Shown: positions 31,769 through 42,010, counted from the first letter of the stretch. The stretch is 64,000 nucleotides of DNA from Nitrospirota bacterium (GCA_963845065.1 CAWJQQ010000001.1:128001-192000), one strand, 5' to 3'. A program made the numbers and translations. Notes: generated by a model from the sequence alone, not told the origin.

Positions 31769-31985
31769 AACAATTCATGGGTTTACAGCAAATGATGCAA
31801 TCCTTTCTTTTTTATCAGGATGGTATCAGGACAATTAAGATATTGGCCATTTTTTCACATGCCTCTTGGCCCTAATGTGTCTCATTACTAGTTAAAAACT
31901 CAAAGGCGCTTACTATCTCATCAAAAATCATTTTTTGATGTGCTTGCGTTTCTACACAGTTTGGCATATTCTCTTAAGAAAAATC

Positions 31986-32744
31986 ATGCCTAAAAGCCCC
32001 GAAGACATAGCCCGTGAACAGATCGAACGACTGTCAAAAAGTGACATCTTAGCCCTGGCATCCTCAAGCGGCGATGCCTCGAAATGCGATCTTTCCGGTA
32101 TGAACCTGAGAGGGGTGGAGTTGCTCGGCATGAACTTCGACGGTTCGGACCTCAAAGGGGCGAACCTGTCGAGCGCGAACCTGAGCGGGTCGAGTTTCAG
32201 GAACGCCGATCTTACTGGCTGCAACATGGGCAGCTCGAACTTTACCGGCTGTTCGTTCCTCAAGGCGCATCTCGACAAGACGGACCTTACCTATTCAAGC
32301 TTCGTGGGCGCTGATTTTACGGAAGCTGGACTCGTGGACGCGAATTTTACGAACTCGCATATCGCCGGCGCCATCTTTGAGAAGGCTGATCTCACCCGGG
32401 CCAATCTCCAGACGGTCGACGGGGCCATGATCCGGTGCAGCGGAGCGATCATGACGAAAATCCACGCAAGGAGCGCCAGCCTCATCGGCGCTGTCCTCTC
32501 TGGGTGCGATCTCCGCGGCGCGAACCTCCACGGGACGGACCTCAGCAACGCGAACCTATCCTCTGCGGATCTGCGGGAAGCGGACATTCTCGATGTTATA
32601 TTGACAGCGGCTGATCTCACCAATGCCGACATCCGTCAGGTCCGTTTGAAACGGACCGACCTTACGCGCGCAAAATTCGCCGGTCTGAAGCACGACGAAG
32701 AACTGAGGGAACTCCTGACTCGCTTTGCCGGACGGAAATCCTAA
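31986..32744 (+). CDS. pentapeptide repeat protein
   Basis: long run of A(N/D)LxG-type pentapeptides. Confidence 0.92.
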   Translation: MPKSPEDIAREQIERLSKSDILALASSSGDASKCDLSGMNLRGVELLGMNFDGSDLKGANLSSANLSGSSFRNADLTGCNMGSSNFTGCSFLKAHLDKTDLTYSSFVGADFTEAGLVDANFTNSHIAGAIFEKADLTRANLQTVDGAMIRCSGAIMTKIHARSASLIGAVLSGCDLRGANLHGTDLSNANLSSADLREADILDVILTAADLTNADIRQVRLKRTDLTRAKFAGLKHDEELRELLTRFAGRKS

Positions 32745-32977
32745 CTGTTGAGATCATTAGGACGGTACTGCGAAATTGTGTGAAGAAAAAGCTGCCGGAT
32801 CAAACATCTTTGGGGCAGGTCTTTACTGTTGACATTCGTCTCTTATCTTGCCATATCTCGGCTAAGTGAGTATAGCACACGGAAAAACTTGACACCCGTT
32901 CTTGAACAACTTTTCTGCCGAAAAATTATCTGGTTACTATTTGCCTCTTAGATAATACTCAATCTCGTGTAAACTCA

Positions 32978-33379
32978 TCAAACGCTCCAGTTCACAATTT
33001 TCGGATTCTTTATTTGTTTAAACTCTTTAGTATTATTGGTAACGAGGGTCGTGCCGAGAGCGTAAGCGTGCGCGCCTATCAGCATGTCCATGGATCCGAT
33101 AAGCTTGCCTGCTCTTTCGAGCTCCGCCCGGATTGCTCCGTATTCCTGAGCCGCCTTTTCATTGAAGTCGGCGATTTCGAGGGGAAGAATGAACTCATCG
33201 AGGGCTTGCTGGTTTTTCTCGACGTACTGGCTCTTTGATACACCGTAGCGAAGTTCCGCAAGAGTAACAGAGGATATCCCGATGTCGCCGATGGTATGAG
33301 CTTTGAAATGCTTGAGTACCTTTGGCGGTTGTTTTTTGATGAGGTAAATGCAGATATTCGTATCCAGCATGTACTTCAT
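32978..33379 (-). CDS. vapC: VapC PIN-domain toxin
   Basis: MLDTNICIY, SSVTLAEL, DMLIGAHA, LVTNNTKEF. Confidence 0.95.
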   Translation of the reverse strand: MKYMLDTNICIYLIKKQPPKVLKHFKAHTIGDIGISSVTLAELRYGVSKSQYVEKNQQALDEFILPLEIADFNEKAAQEYGAIRAELERAGKLIGSMDMLIGAHAYALGTTLVTNNTKEFKQIKNPKIVNWSV

Positions 33380-33606
33380 CAGAAGTCCTCCCTTTTTTGC
33401 ATCTTCGGCTGCTTTCTTTCAATCATGAAGTCATCAGAGAATTTATTCAGGCTGTGGATCAGGATGTCCCATGAGTTCTTTGTCGGGATCAACACCACGA
33501 CGTTCCCGGATTTTTTAACGAAAACATGGTCGTCCTCGAATCGAAATTCCTTGGGCAAACGGACAGCCTGGCTTTGTCCGTTTTGAAACAATTTTGCCGT
33601 CTTCAT
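33379..33606 (-). CDS. vapB: VapB AbrB/MazE-type antitoxin
   Basis: TAKLFQNGQSQAVRLPKEFRF. Confidence 0.95.
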   Translation of the reverse strand: MKTAKLFQNGQSQAVRLPKEFRFEDDHVFVKKSGNVVVLIPTKNSWDILIHSLNKFSDDFMIERKQPKMQKREDF

Positions 33607-33951
33607 AACGCACCTCCTAGTCTATACTACTAATATATACTAAGCTGCTTCGGATTGCAAGAGGTTTTGAATCTTTGAGCCTTCGCGGCAAGACGCGGTT
33701 GCCTCTTCTGTGCTTCGTATTACCCGGGTCGGGAATGTACGTTCCGCTCCACGGCAGCTCTTGACTAAAACTAGACAGGGGAGGTGAAGCCAAACATGCC
33801 CTTGACAGCCTGAGCTTTAGTTCAATCGGTGCAGGTCCTGCTGATGCCGCAACCGAGAGGTTTGCAGGTTCATCCGCCCGTGCTGGTATCTGCGCTATAA
33901 GTGCCCTGATACTGTCCTGTAGATGTGCTGGTTATGTAAATCCCGATAGAT

Positions 33952-34182
33952 TTAAGGCTTCTTCAACACATCATGCGTGCCAACTTTGCGTAGGACAAAA
34001 AAGTCGCCATCCAGTTCGAACGTGAACCGATAGTGATAATCAATATAACCTTCCCAAATGCTGTTCGTCCCCCGAACCGGATGGAGGTTCAAGGACGGGT
34101 GATCGGGATTGGTGAGTAGGAATTCAAGCTGCTTGTCTACCTTGTCCTGAATGGCAGCGTGCGATCTGTTGTAATCCTTCTT
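33952..34182 (-). pseudogene. RelE/ParE-superfamily toxin, 5'-disrupted, no antitoxin
   Basis: KKDYNR...QLEFLLTNPDHPSLNLHPVRGTNSIWEGYIDYHYRFTFE...LRKVGTHDVLKKP*; no in-frame start. Confidence 0.7.
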
Positions 34183-34339
34183 TTAGTACACCTTCTCTCA
34201 TTGCTGATATCATATGAAGACTGGCTACGGAATCGGACCGAAGACAAACCTTGCACAGTTGCCCAACGAGGTTGAAGCCCGCGGCCAGCACCAGCCGACG
34301 TAGCCAGTCGAATTAATAATCTCAACCTAGTGTGGCTCA

Positions 34340-34939
34340 TTACACCCACACGACCTTGTCGAAGTCCTGCATACCTTCCACAAGATGGTTCGTGGTTCCT
34401 CGTCTTCCGACCTTCAGCTCCGACTCAAGATTATAATGTTTCAGACAGGTGCCACAGGAGTATATTTCTACGTCAAGATCTGCAATCTCTTTCAGCACAG
34501 CAACAGTTTCCTCATTCAGCGTGGTCAGCTTGACGCCTGCGTTCAGAAAAAATATAGTGTGCGGAAGCTGCTTGTAGACTTTCATGGTATCGAAGAACCC
34601 CTTGATGAGCTGTTTTCCCAGGTCCTCGTCCTTGCCCAAGCTATCGGTACCGATAATGAGCAGCAGTGTTTTTTTGTTCTTTGCCGATTCAGCGCCGGCA
34701 ACGCCGGGTTTCACGCCGGTTTTGCAAGAGTATCCCTTCACGACCTTAATTTTCCAGTCTTTCCCTTCTCTCGTCGTCTCGGCGAACATGCCGTTCTGCG
34801 CAGCATAGCCCGACACATTAAGAGCCGACTCCTCATTATCTACCAACACATCGATAATACCCTCGCCGATCTTCGAGAGCGCTTCCTCTGTCATTATGAC
34901 AGGAATAGGGCAGCCTTTACCGCGGGCGTCTATTTGCAT
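34340..34939 (-). CDS. yedF: sulfurtransferase-like selenium metabolism protein YedF (TusA/SirA + DsrE domains)
   Basis: IDARGKGCPIPV TusA motif; FFLNAGVKL and SCGTCL DsrE-like motifs; AGGAG RBS. Confidence 0.88.
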   Translation of the reverse strand: MQIDARGKGCPIPVIMTEEALSKIGEGIIDVLVDNEESALNVSGYAAQNGMFAETTREGKDWKIKVVKGYSCKTGVKPGVAGAESAKNKKTLLLIIGTDSLGKDEDLGKQLIKGFFDTMKVYKQLPHTIFFLNAGVKLTTLNEETVAVLKEIADLDVEIYSCGTCLKHYNLESELKVGRRGTTNHLVEGMQDFDKVVWV

Positions 34940-35005
34940 ATAATCTCCTTTGTCACTCTTTAGGCTTTGTCCAGACAAGAAAGGGATAGAGTTTGCACAT
35001 ATTAA

Positions 35006-35383
35006 AGCCGGGATAGGTTTCTCCGTGCGTGGATATGATACACCGCCGTCCCGTATCGTGCGTTCAAGCATCTATCGTACAGTGGATTCTAGCTGGCGTC
35101 CGGTACATATCCAGTTGAGTTCTCCTTGTTCAATCTTACCCGCTCTATAGCTGCCGCTACACATGGCCAGATGTTTGGTCTGTCAGCAAGGAGCACGAAT
35201 ACCACCCCCATAACATGCAGAGCTGCTCATAGTCATGGTCATCTCGAGGGGAAAGATGTCCATGGCTGCTGACCAGTCATTGCCTAGATGATAAGACTGG
35301 AGCACGTCACATACTCCGTGTATAACGTCAGGCTTAAAGTCGCGTTACGGAGCGGTAATGTAGCTACCGCTAAAAGCCCGGCT
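35006..35383 (-). ncRNA. candidate large structured non-coding RNA, family not recognised
   Basis: closing stem AGCCGGG/CCCGGCT enclosing at least seven further helices; G-U pairs favour the - strand; no credible ORF. Confidence 0.5.
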
Positions 35384-35433
35384 GAAGACTTTTCTTCTTT
35401 TTTATAGCGAAAGTACAGTACCTTTCGCCCGCC

Positions 35434-36066
35434 TTATTTCATCACCATCTTGATCACGGCAAGCACTTCCGATGCGTCCTTGGAAAGTGGCTTCCCTTTC
35501 CGGGTGATGATTGAGAAATCACGGATCATCCTGAGCAGGGGGATGTTCAGCGCCTGCACCTTCCTGAGCTCAATCGCCTCTTTCGCCGCCAGTTCCGAAA
35601 CTATGGCTATCCCGGCGCCTCCCTCGACGGCCTGGATGACCCCCTCGGTGGTACCGACCTCGGCGACGGCATTCAGGTCCGTCAGCGCAAGTCCCGCATC
35701 TTTGAACGCCTTCTCATAGACCGCCCGCGTTCCGGAGCCCTTTTCCCGTGTTACAAAGTTCTGACCCTTCAAGTCTCCGAGTGCAATGGTCCCTTTTGTG
35801 GCAAGCGGATGGTTCTTCGGGGTGATTAGTACGAGCCGGTCGTCCTTAACAATCACCGTGAACTCCACGTCGGTGGAATCGAATCGCGTGCCGATGATAC
35901 CGATTTCGTACTGTCCCTTCCGCAGACCTTCAAAGACCTTCAAGCTGTCCGATATCTCCACCTTAAGCTCGATCTCCGGAAGGTGCCTGATCATCGCGGA
36001 CAACAGCCTGGGAATAATGAACTCTCCCGGGATAGTGCTTGCTCCGAGTGTAAACAAGTGTTTCAT
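35434..36066 (-). CDS. stand-alone LysR substrate-binding domain (no HTH)
   Basis: GASTIPGEF, REKGSGTR; own GAGGAG RBS; paralogous to the C-terminus of 36404-37288. Confidence 0.85.
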   Translation of the reverse strand: MKHLFTLGASTIPGEFIIPRLLSAMIRHLPEIELKVEISDSLKVFEGLRKGQYEIGIIGTRFDSTDVEFTVIVKDDRLVLITPKNHPLATKGTIALGDLKGQNFVTREKGSGTRAVYEKAFKDAGLALTDLNAVAEVGTTEGVIQAVEGGAGIAIVSELAAKEAIELRKVQALNIPLLRMIRDFSIITRKGKPLSKDASEVLAVIKMVMK

Positions 36067-36403
36067 GGTCAATTCTCCTCTCTGCTGGTATATAGTTCTC
36101 CGTTTTATCGTTCCGAGAAGGTGACCTTATGGCCGATATTGAATCCGTAGAGGTCATCGTTCAGCAGCTTGTCGTCAGACTCGGCATAGGACTATATGGA
36201 ATAGAGCAGCTTGCCAGCTTTAGGTGCCGCGTCCTGGAATGCTTGTTATTTTCAACGCTTAGCTGCACCAGCGCGTCTCTGCTCAAATCTAAATTTGATC
36301 TACTTTACCATAGGTTTGTATGATATGTAAAATAGGCATTTCCGATTAATAAGACAACAAACATAGGTTTTATCGACAGATGGGATAACTGGGGCGGTAG
36401 TAT

Positions 36404-37288
36404 TTACGATTTTGCTTTGAGGTGATCAAGAAAAAGAGAATAGATGAGAGGAAGGGCGCGCTTCTTGTGTGTTACTATGTAAAACAACCTTTTCATGGGA
36501 GGGGCGGCTAACTTGATTTCCTTTAGAAGTTTATGTTTCAGCTCTTCCGTGACGGAGAACCGTGACAAGATCGTTAATCCTAGTCCCACTTTGACAGCTT
36601 GTTTAACAGCATCGGTGGAGCCGAAGATGCCGGCCACTCTCACGCTGCTGCATGAGACTCCCTGCTCCTCAAGCAGCTTTTCCACCTCGCGCCTGGTTCC
36701 CGACCCTTCTTCCCGAAGCACCATGGGATACCGGCACAGGTCTTTCAAGGATATCCTGCTGCTCTTCATGAACGACGGCGCGGCTACGATGATGAGTTTG
36801 TCCTCTAGGAACGGCGTATAATTGATCTGTGCGTCAGCAATTTTAGAGCCCACAATTCCCAGAAGGACGTGATGAGATAAAATCTGCTGCACAATCTCCT
36901 GTGAGTCCCCGACAAGTACCTGAAATGATACTCCCGGATGTTTTCGCCTGAAATCAGACATAAGCTCCGGCAGCAGATACGTGCCGGGGATAGTGCTTGC
37001 GCCTACGATCAATGCACCGGTAACTTCTTTCTTAAGCTGTCCAAGTACACCCTTTACGCTGTCAGCCTTTTCGATAATGTCTAGTGCATGGTTATATAAA
37101 GCATCTGCCTCGCGGGTGGGAATTATTGTCTTTCCAAGCCGTTCGAACAACGTGCAGTTCAGTTCCCGTTCAAGCGATTTTATATGCTCGCTAATCGTCG
37201 GCTGGGCAAGATGCAATTCAAGTGCTGCCTTAGAAAAACTTCTGTTCTTGAATACCGACAAAAATATCCTGAGATGATGTAATTCCAT
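36404..37288 (-). CDS. LysR-family regulator (CysL-like, selenium-metabolism-associated type)
   Basis: N-terminal LysR HTH (SFSKAA..L.LAQPTISEHI), GASTIPGTY, REEGSGTR; near yedF. Confidence 0.92.
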   Translation of the reverse strand: MELHHLRIFLSVFKNRSFSKAALELHLAQPTISEHIKSLERELNCTLFERLGKTIIPTREADALYNHALDIIEKADSVKGVLGQLKKEVTGALIVGASTIPGTYLLPELMSDFRRKHPGVSFQVLVGDSQEIVQQILSHHVLLGIVGSKIADAQINYTPFLEDKLIIVAAPSFMKSSRISLKDLCRYPMVLREEGSGTRREVEKLLEEQGVSCSSVRVAGIFGSTDAVKQAVKVGLGLTILSRFSVTEELKHKLLKEIKLAAPPMKRLFYIVTHKKRALPLIYSLFLDHLKAKS

Positions 37289-37442
37289 GGTCAGGCTGCG
37301 TCCTCCATCACGAGGCGAAGAATATCACCGGCACCTACATGTGTCAAATAATAAATAAGAAAGTTATTCGCCAAGAACCTATGTCTATGACTCCGGTTGG
37401 ATATTTCACAACGAATTCGGCTTCAACTTTATGACTTTAGAG

Positions 37443-37590
37443 ATATGGCAACTTTAAAAGATACAGAAAGGAGAGTTGACTTAAAACTTCAAACGGGATT
37501 CTTCATTTTTTTGGCAAGTCTGATTGTCCGAGCTGCGCCTACAAGTGTGGAATGCCAATATAATGACGATGGTGTAAAATGCCATTTGAA
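37443..37590 (+). repeat. dispersed intergenic element, short subtype
   Basis: ATATGGCAACT, TACAGAAAGG 37462, CGCCTACAAG 37536, TGTAAAATGC; 3' part closely matches 44128-44185. Confidence 0.75.
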
Positions 37591-37693
37591 TCATGCATGA
37601 ATCGCGGCGATCAAGGGGTGCGTCATGAACGAAGCCATTATCCATACTTTCTCAGCTGTTATCATATTCTGTGCCCTCATGAACTTTGCAACT

Positions 37694-38128
37694 TCAATTG
37701 CGGCGAAAGGATCTGTTAGCAAAATTAGGAAAGAGGCCAGCTAAACCCACAAGGACTGACAATAAAATTACCACGAGAGGGAAAACCCAATTCCGATTGT
37801 CATTCCATCTCGCGCGGCTCGGGGAGGAAGGATCGTAGAGAACTGAGACCTTTGTCCCAGGCTGTAGCCTGGTTCTTGTTAAACCACTCAACCCTTTCGT
37901 GCTCGGAAGATCCTCAGTAATTTGGAATGTTCGTCCATTAGCGTTAAATTCTATGATGAAGCTTGCACTGTTTCTCGCCACGATTTGTCCTTCAGTTTCG
38001 GATGCCGTCAAGCTGAAAGCCCAGATGTCCAATAGACGGTAGGCTCCAAAAGCAAGACCAACGAGCGATAAAGCAATAAGGAAGATAATTCTTCCCCTCG
38101 GCTGACTATGAATATTCTCTAGCGGCAT
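37694..38128 (-). CDS. DUF3592-like membrane protein
   Basis: TM - TEGQIV - GTKVSVLYDPSSPSRA - TM architecture. Confidence 0.7.
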   Translation of the reverse strand: MPLENIHSQPRGRIIFLIALSLVGLAFGAYRLLDIWAFSLTASETEGQIVARNSASFIIEFNANGRTFQITEDLPSTKGLSGLTRTRLQPGTKVSVLYDPSSPSRARWNDNRNWVFPLVVILLSVLVGLAGLFPNFANRSFRRN

Positions 38129-38271
38129 AGTTAAAAGAAATCGGCTTAAATGTGTCTTTGACGAATATATTCCTGATCCATCGCGAAGTCAATAGTGCCA
38201 AATGAGTATGTCAAGTGAGTAATAAATGGGTAGCCGCTCTATCGACTGCAGCTTGAAAATCACGACTGCCA

Positions 38272-38420
38272 GGAATGGAAACTTCAACCGCTTCAGCATG
38301 GACATTGGACTAAAAAGTTATGATCTATATTCTTCACCTCAATAAAAATAAAATCTCTGCGAGCAACACCTACAATCATGCATAGGTTGACTAAATTTCA
38401 ATGCAGAATGCTAGGAAATT
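38272..38420 (+). repeat. dispersed intergenic element, short subtype
   Basis: GAATGGAAACTTC, TTCAGCATGG 38292, ATATTCTTCACC, CACCTACAAT 38367, TGCAGAATGC 38402. Confidence 0.8.
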
Positions 38421-38613
38421 GCGCAGCACAGCTGCCGCGAGAGATACTTTGATAAACGCACCTATCACGACAGTGTGGTTGAAATATTTTGGCGGGCTGT
38501 TCTGCAGCTACCTTAATTGATAGCGATCCAATACTTGTGGTGGATGGCACACAATGGCAATACCAGCTCATGCGCAACGACAGGTTGATTTCACATCAAA
38601 AATGGCGTCAGTT

Positions 38614-39158
38614 TCACTTGACAACGCGAAAGCGCAGGTTTGTCACCTGCCCTGATTGCCCAACGTAAGTCGGTTCAAGGTTGACTTGTCCGAAACCGCG
38701 GGCTTCATAAAGTCTGATCCCATCTCCAGGCAAAACAGGCACAAGATGGATAAGGATCTCGTCAACTACACCTGCGTTGAGGCACTGTCTAGGAATGGTC
38801 GCGCCAAAGAGGACGATATTCTTGCCTTCGGCACTGGTGAGGGCTGTGGCAACCGCGTTGTCGATGCTACTGGTAAAAAATGTAAGCGCGGGATTACTCG
38901 GAGCAACTGGAGGGCGATGTGTGATGACAAATTCAGGTCCTCTCCAAGCTCCACCATAGATCTCTTCTATTCCGCCGAGTCGGCTCATTGACAAATCATA
39001 TCAGCGCCTGCCAGCGAGAATGGCACCAGTCGACCTGATGGCCTCCTTGGCAATGGTATTCGGTCCTGCATCATATCGAAAAATCCAGTCCATAATGTCG
39101 TCAGGGCAAGCTATGAAGCCATCCAATGACATGGTTACGTGCCAGACGACTTTTCCAT
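38614..39158 (-). pseudogene. dihydrofolate reductase/RibD C-terminal family protein, disrupted
   Basis: GKVVWHVTMSLDGFIA...GAILAGRR*YD...VDEILIHLVPVL.GDGIRLY; frameshift at the start codon and TGA at 39001-39003. Confidence 0.85.
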
Positions 39159-40102
39159 CTACGTGCCTCCATGACGGCCACTAATTTACACTAATATCTT
39201 CTGTATGAAATATGCACTATTCTCAAATTAATATTAGTGCTGACTACAGGAAGAAGTCTCTTTTTTCGACTATATTATATGATGCAGAATCCAAAAAAAA
39301 ATTCTCATAGTGCAAGCACAGGAAAATAACCTCCCCACTTCCTAACTTTAAAAAATGCCTGATATAGTCCGTGAATGGAATTACTTCTTACTATCCCGTT
39401 CCCATCATCCTTGTAATTTTTTCGTCTCAACAGGGTGCAGCTATAAAATATTTTCCAGAAGTGCGGAGTCCCGTCCCTTGGGATGCTTTCTATTACCTGT
39501 CAGTTGCTTTTCTCCATAGGCAAAATAAAATTGCACCCGCCAAACTTGATTAAATAAAAAAGTAGTGTTCAAAATAAATTGTTCATAAAGGATTTAGACT
39601 TTATAAAATAATGGCTTATATATTCTACAAACAAACCATGTGGACAACCTGTGCAAAAGAGTGCTAAAAAAGTTATTGTATCCTTCGTATTCTTAACCAG
39701 AATGTAACTTGCACATTATTTAGGCAATATGAATATCATTATAACAACAAGTTAGAAAATATAATTGATTCATTCTTATCTCTATAAGTGGGTGAAAATT
39801 ATCAACATTTTTAAATGATTCAATCATCTCGTAAGAAATAGATGGACTACATTCTCGATTTACAGCTCGGTAATGTCTCCCCTAAAAGCAATACCCGAAG
39901 TGCTTCAATCGCACGCAAATAATTTATTCTACTTCGTGCCGCAGGTTTATTCTTTGCAACAATTACTTTCATTGAGGTAATAAAAGGAGCAGATAAGAAA
40001 GCAAAAAACAGGGGAATCTGTTAATGTTTTTACATCTCAACCATGTTATGCTCCCTTTTGATGCAGCAGCCCCTAAAAGCCTTTCTATAACTTTGTGTAT
40101 CG

Positions 40103-41530
40103 TCATTGGATTATCCACACAAGATATGGGTAACCCACTATTATAAAAACTCCAAAATATATCAGTCCGAAAATGAAGCCCAGTCGCCAAAAATCCGTGC
40201 TTTGTACGTAACCACTTCCATAATAAATAGGGGATGGACCCGTAGCGTAAGGTGTTATGATGCCCATAATTCCTAAGGAATAGCATAACATTAGGGAAAG
40301 ATGCCTTATAGGCATACCAGACACAGCCACGGCAGCTGCTAAGAATACTGGTAAAACCGCCGTGGTGTGCGCAGTTGAACTGGCAAACATGTAATGGATA
40401 AAAAAGAACAAAGCAACGAAAAGGAGCATCACTATGGTTACAGGTAGTCCTCTCAGAGATCCTGCGGTAAGGGCCGCAAACCAATCGAGGAATTTCACCT
40501 GTTTAAGACCATCGGCCAGGGCAACCAGCGTTGCAAACCACGCCAACGCATTCCACGCCTGCTTGTTATTAAGGATATCATCCCATGTGATAACACCAGT
40601 AAGGATCATGCCGCTGAAGACTAACATGCCCGTCACTGTGGCATCCAGATTGAACCAACCGGGACCAAAAATCCACAAGATTAGGGCGCAAATAACCAAG
40701 AGAGCCATAATCACTTCGTTACGCGTTATCTTACCCAGTTTAGACAATTCCTGACTCGCCCATATCGGCACATCTTCACAGACTTTCAGCGTGGGTGGAT
40801 AAATCTTGAAAACAAGGAAAGGAACGGTTATAAAAAGAATCATTCCAACAGGCAAAAAACCAACTGCCCATTGCGCCCACGTGATGTTTATCCCTGTTGT
40901 TTTTTTTACGATCTCTAAGGCCAAAAGATTTGGTGCCAGGGCAGTTAGAAACATTGAACTTGTGATACAAGTTGTTGCAAGCGCCGTCCACATGATGTAA
41001 GCACCGATTTTACGCGCGGTGTCTCCAGGCAGAGAATCATAGAGCGGCGGTATGTTCTTAATGATTGGAAAAATCGTCCCCCCGCTGCGCGCGGTGTTAG
41101 AGGCAGTAAAAGGCGCCAAGATCAAATCAGCTATGGCTACAGCATAACCAAGGCCTAATGTTTTCCCCCCCAACCATTTTACCAGAGTCAAGGCAAGACG
41201 GCGTCCCAAGCCGGTCTTTTCATAACCCTTCGCAAACATAAACGCTATAAAGATCAGCCAAACCGTGCCATTGCTAAATCCCGAGAGCATCCATTTCAGC
41301 GAGTCAGCCGGCTTTGGAGCTACAAGAAGTAATGATCCTGCCAGAGTGACACCTATAAACCCTACCGCTGCTGATGGGATAGGTTCCAAAATCAATCCTA
41401 CGATTACGGCAGCAAATAACGCAAAGTAATGCCATGCACTCGGTTGCAGGCCTTGCGGGACAGGAATCAAGCAAATGACCACACCTGTTAGTACCGGTGC
41501 GATCATCTTCCAAGGCAGCACCTTATTCAT
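40103..41530 (-). CDS. DASS-family anion permease (CitT/TtdT type)
   Basis: LAPFTASNTARSGG, SSMFLTALAPN, HYMFASSTAH, TPYATGPSPIYYGSGY. Confidence 0.93.
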   Translation of the reverse strand: MNKVLPWKMIAPVLTGVVICLIPVPQGLQPSAWHYFALFAAVIVGLILEPIPSAAVGFIGVTLAGSLLLVAPKPADSLKWMLSGFSNGTVWLIFIAFMFAKGYEKTGLGRRLALTLVKWLGGKTLGLGYAVAIADLILAPFTASNTARSGGTIFPIIKNIPPLYDSLPGDTARKIGAYIMWTALATTCITSSMFLTALAPNLLALEIVKKTTGINITWAQWAVGFLPVGMILFITVPFLVFKIYPPTLKVCEDVPIWASQELSKLGKITRNEVIMALLVICALILWIFGPGWFNLDATVTGMLVFSGMILTGVITWDDILNNKQAWNALAWFATLVALADGLKQVKFLDWFAALTAGSLRGLPVTIVMLLFVALFFFIHYMFASSTAHTTAVLPVFLAAAVAVSGMPIRHLSLMLCYSLGIMGIITPYATGPSPIYYGSGYVQSTDFWRLGFIFGLIYFGVFIIVGYPYLVWIIQ

Positions 41531-41663
41531 CTCTCCCCCTCGTTGCATTTGGGAATTTTTTCCGCACCCCTACCTCGATAGTAGCGGTTTGCGATGAGCC
41601 GCTCCGCCAGTGTTACTCGGGGTAGCCTTGCGCCTCTATCTGTCCCGTTATTGAGCGTGCAAC

Positions 41664-41712
41664 AAATAAAAAGGCCGAGCACACCAAAGGCATCATCCTT
41701 CGGCAGCTCGGC
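41664..41712 (-). terminator. intrinsic terminator of the riboswitch expression platform
   Basis: GCCGAGC...GCTCGGC stem followed by CTTTTTATTT; overlaps the aptamer 3' end. Confidence 0.65.
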
Positions 41713-41778
41713 GGTCTTGGTCTTGTAAGACCCGTGGCTTTCCGTCCTCTTCTTGCGAAGAGTTTGGCTTTATCGCGA
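41697..41778 (-). promoter_or_regulatory. cyclic di-GMP-I (GEMM-I) riboswitch
   Basis: GATAAAGCCAAACTCTTC-GCAA-GAAGAGGACGGAAAGCCACGGGTCT...AGACCGCCGAGCTGCCG: GNRA-capped P2, GGAAAG junction, P3. Confidence 0.9.
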
Positions 41779-42010
41779 CAGTCTGCTTATCAAAAGTAGC
41801 AGAATGCACTATTGATACGTATTCTGCAATTTTTAAAATTTTTTCGAAACAATGAAAAGTTATTAGAGAACTCGATGACTTTTACTATATCACAAAAAGC
41901 AAATTTACGATCGGTTTTTTGGGGTTCTGCAAAAAATGGCAACAAGAGGGGGCTTAACAGACGAGAATGTGGAATGGAAATTTATGTTAATAAATCGCAA
42001 CTATCATAAA

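Noticed and set aside
35070..35263. Small - strand ORF with Cys-TGA (..RAPC*QTK..) as a selenopeptide
   Set aside because: No RBS, no recognisable family, and it lies within the structured region; probably chance.
35006..35383. Identification of the structured region as RNase P RNA, tmRNA or a group II intron
   Set aside because: Only scattered short resemblances; no intact GAGGAAAGTCC, no tRNA-like ends, and no properly paired domain V.
39001..39003. In-frame TGA in the DHFR-like gene as recoding
   Set aside because: Context GRR*YD is not a Cys site, and the gene also has a frameshift at its start; it is a pseudogene.
39300..40100. AT-rich stretch with possible decayed coding sequence
   Set aside because: Frequent stops in the frames I read and no recognisable family.
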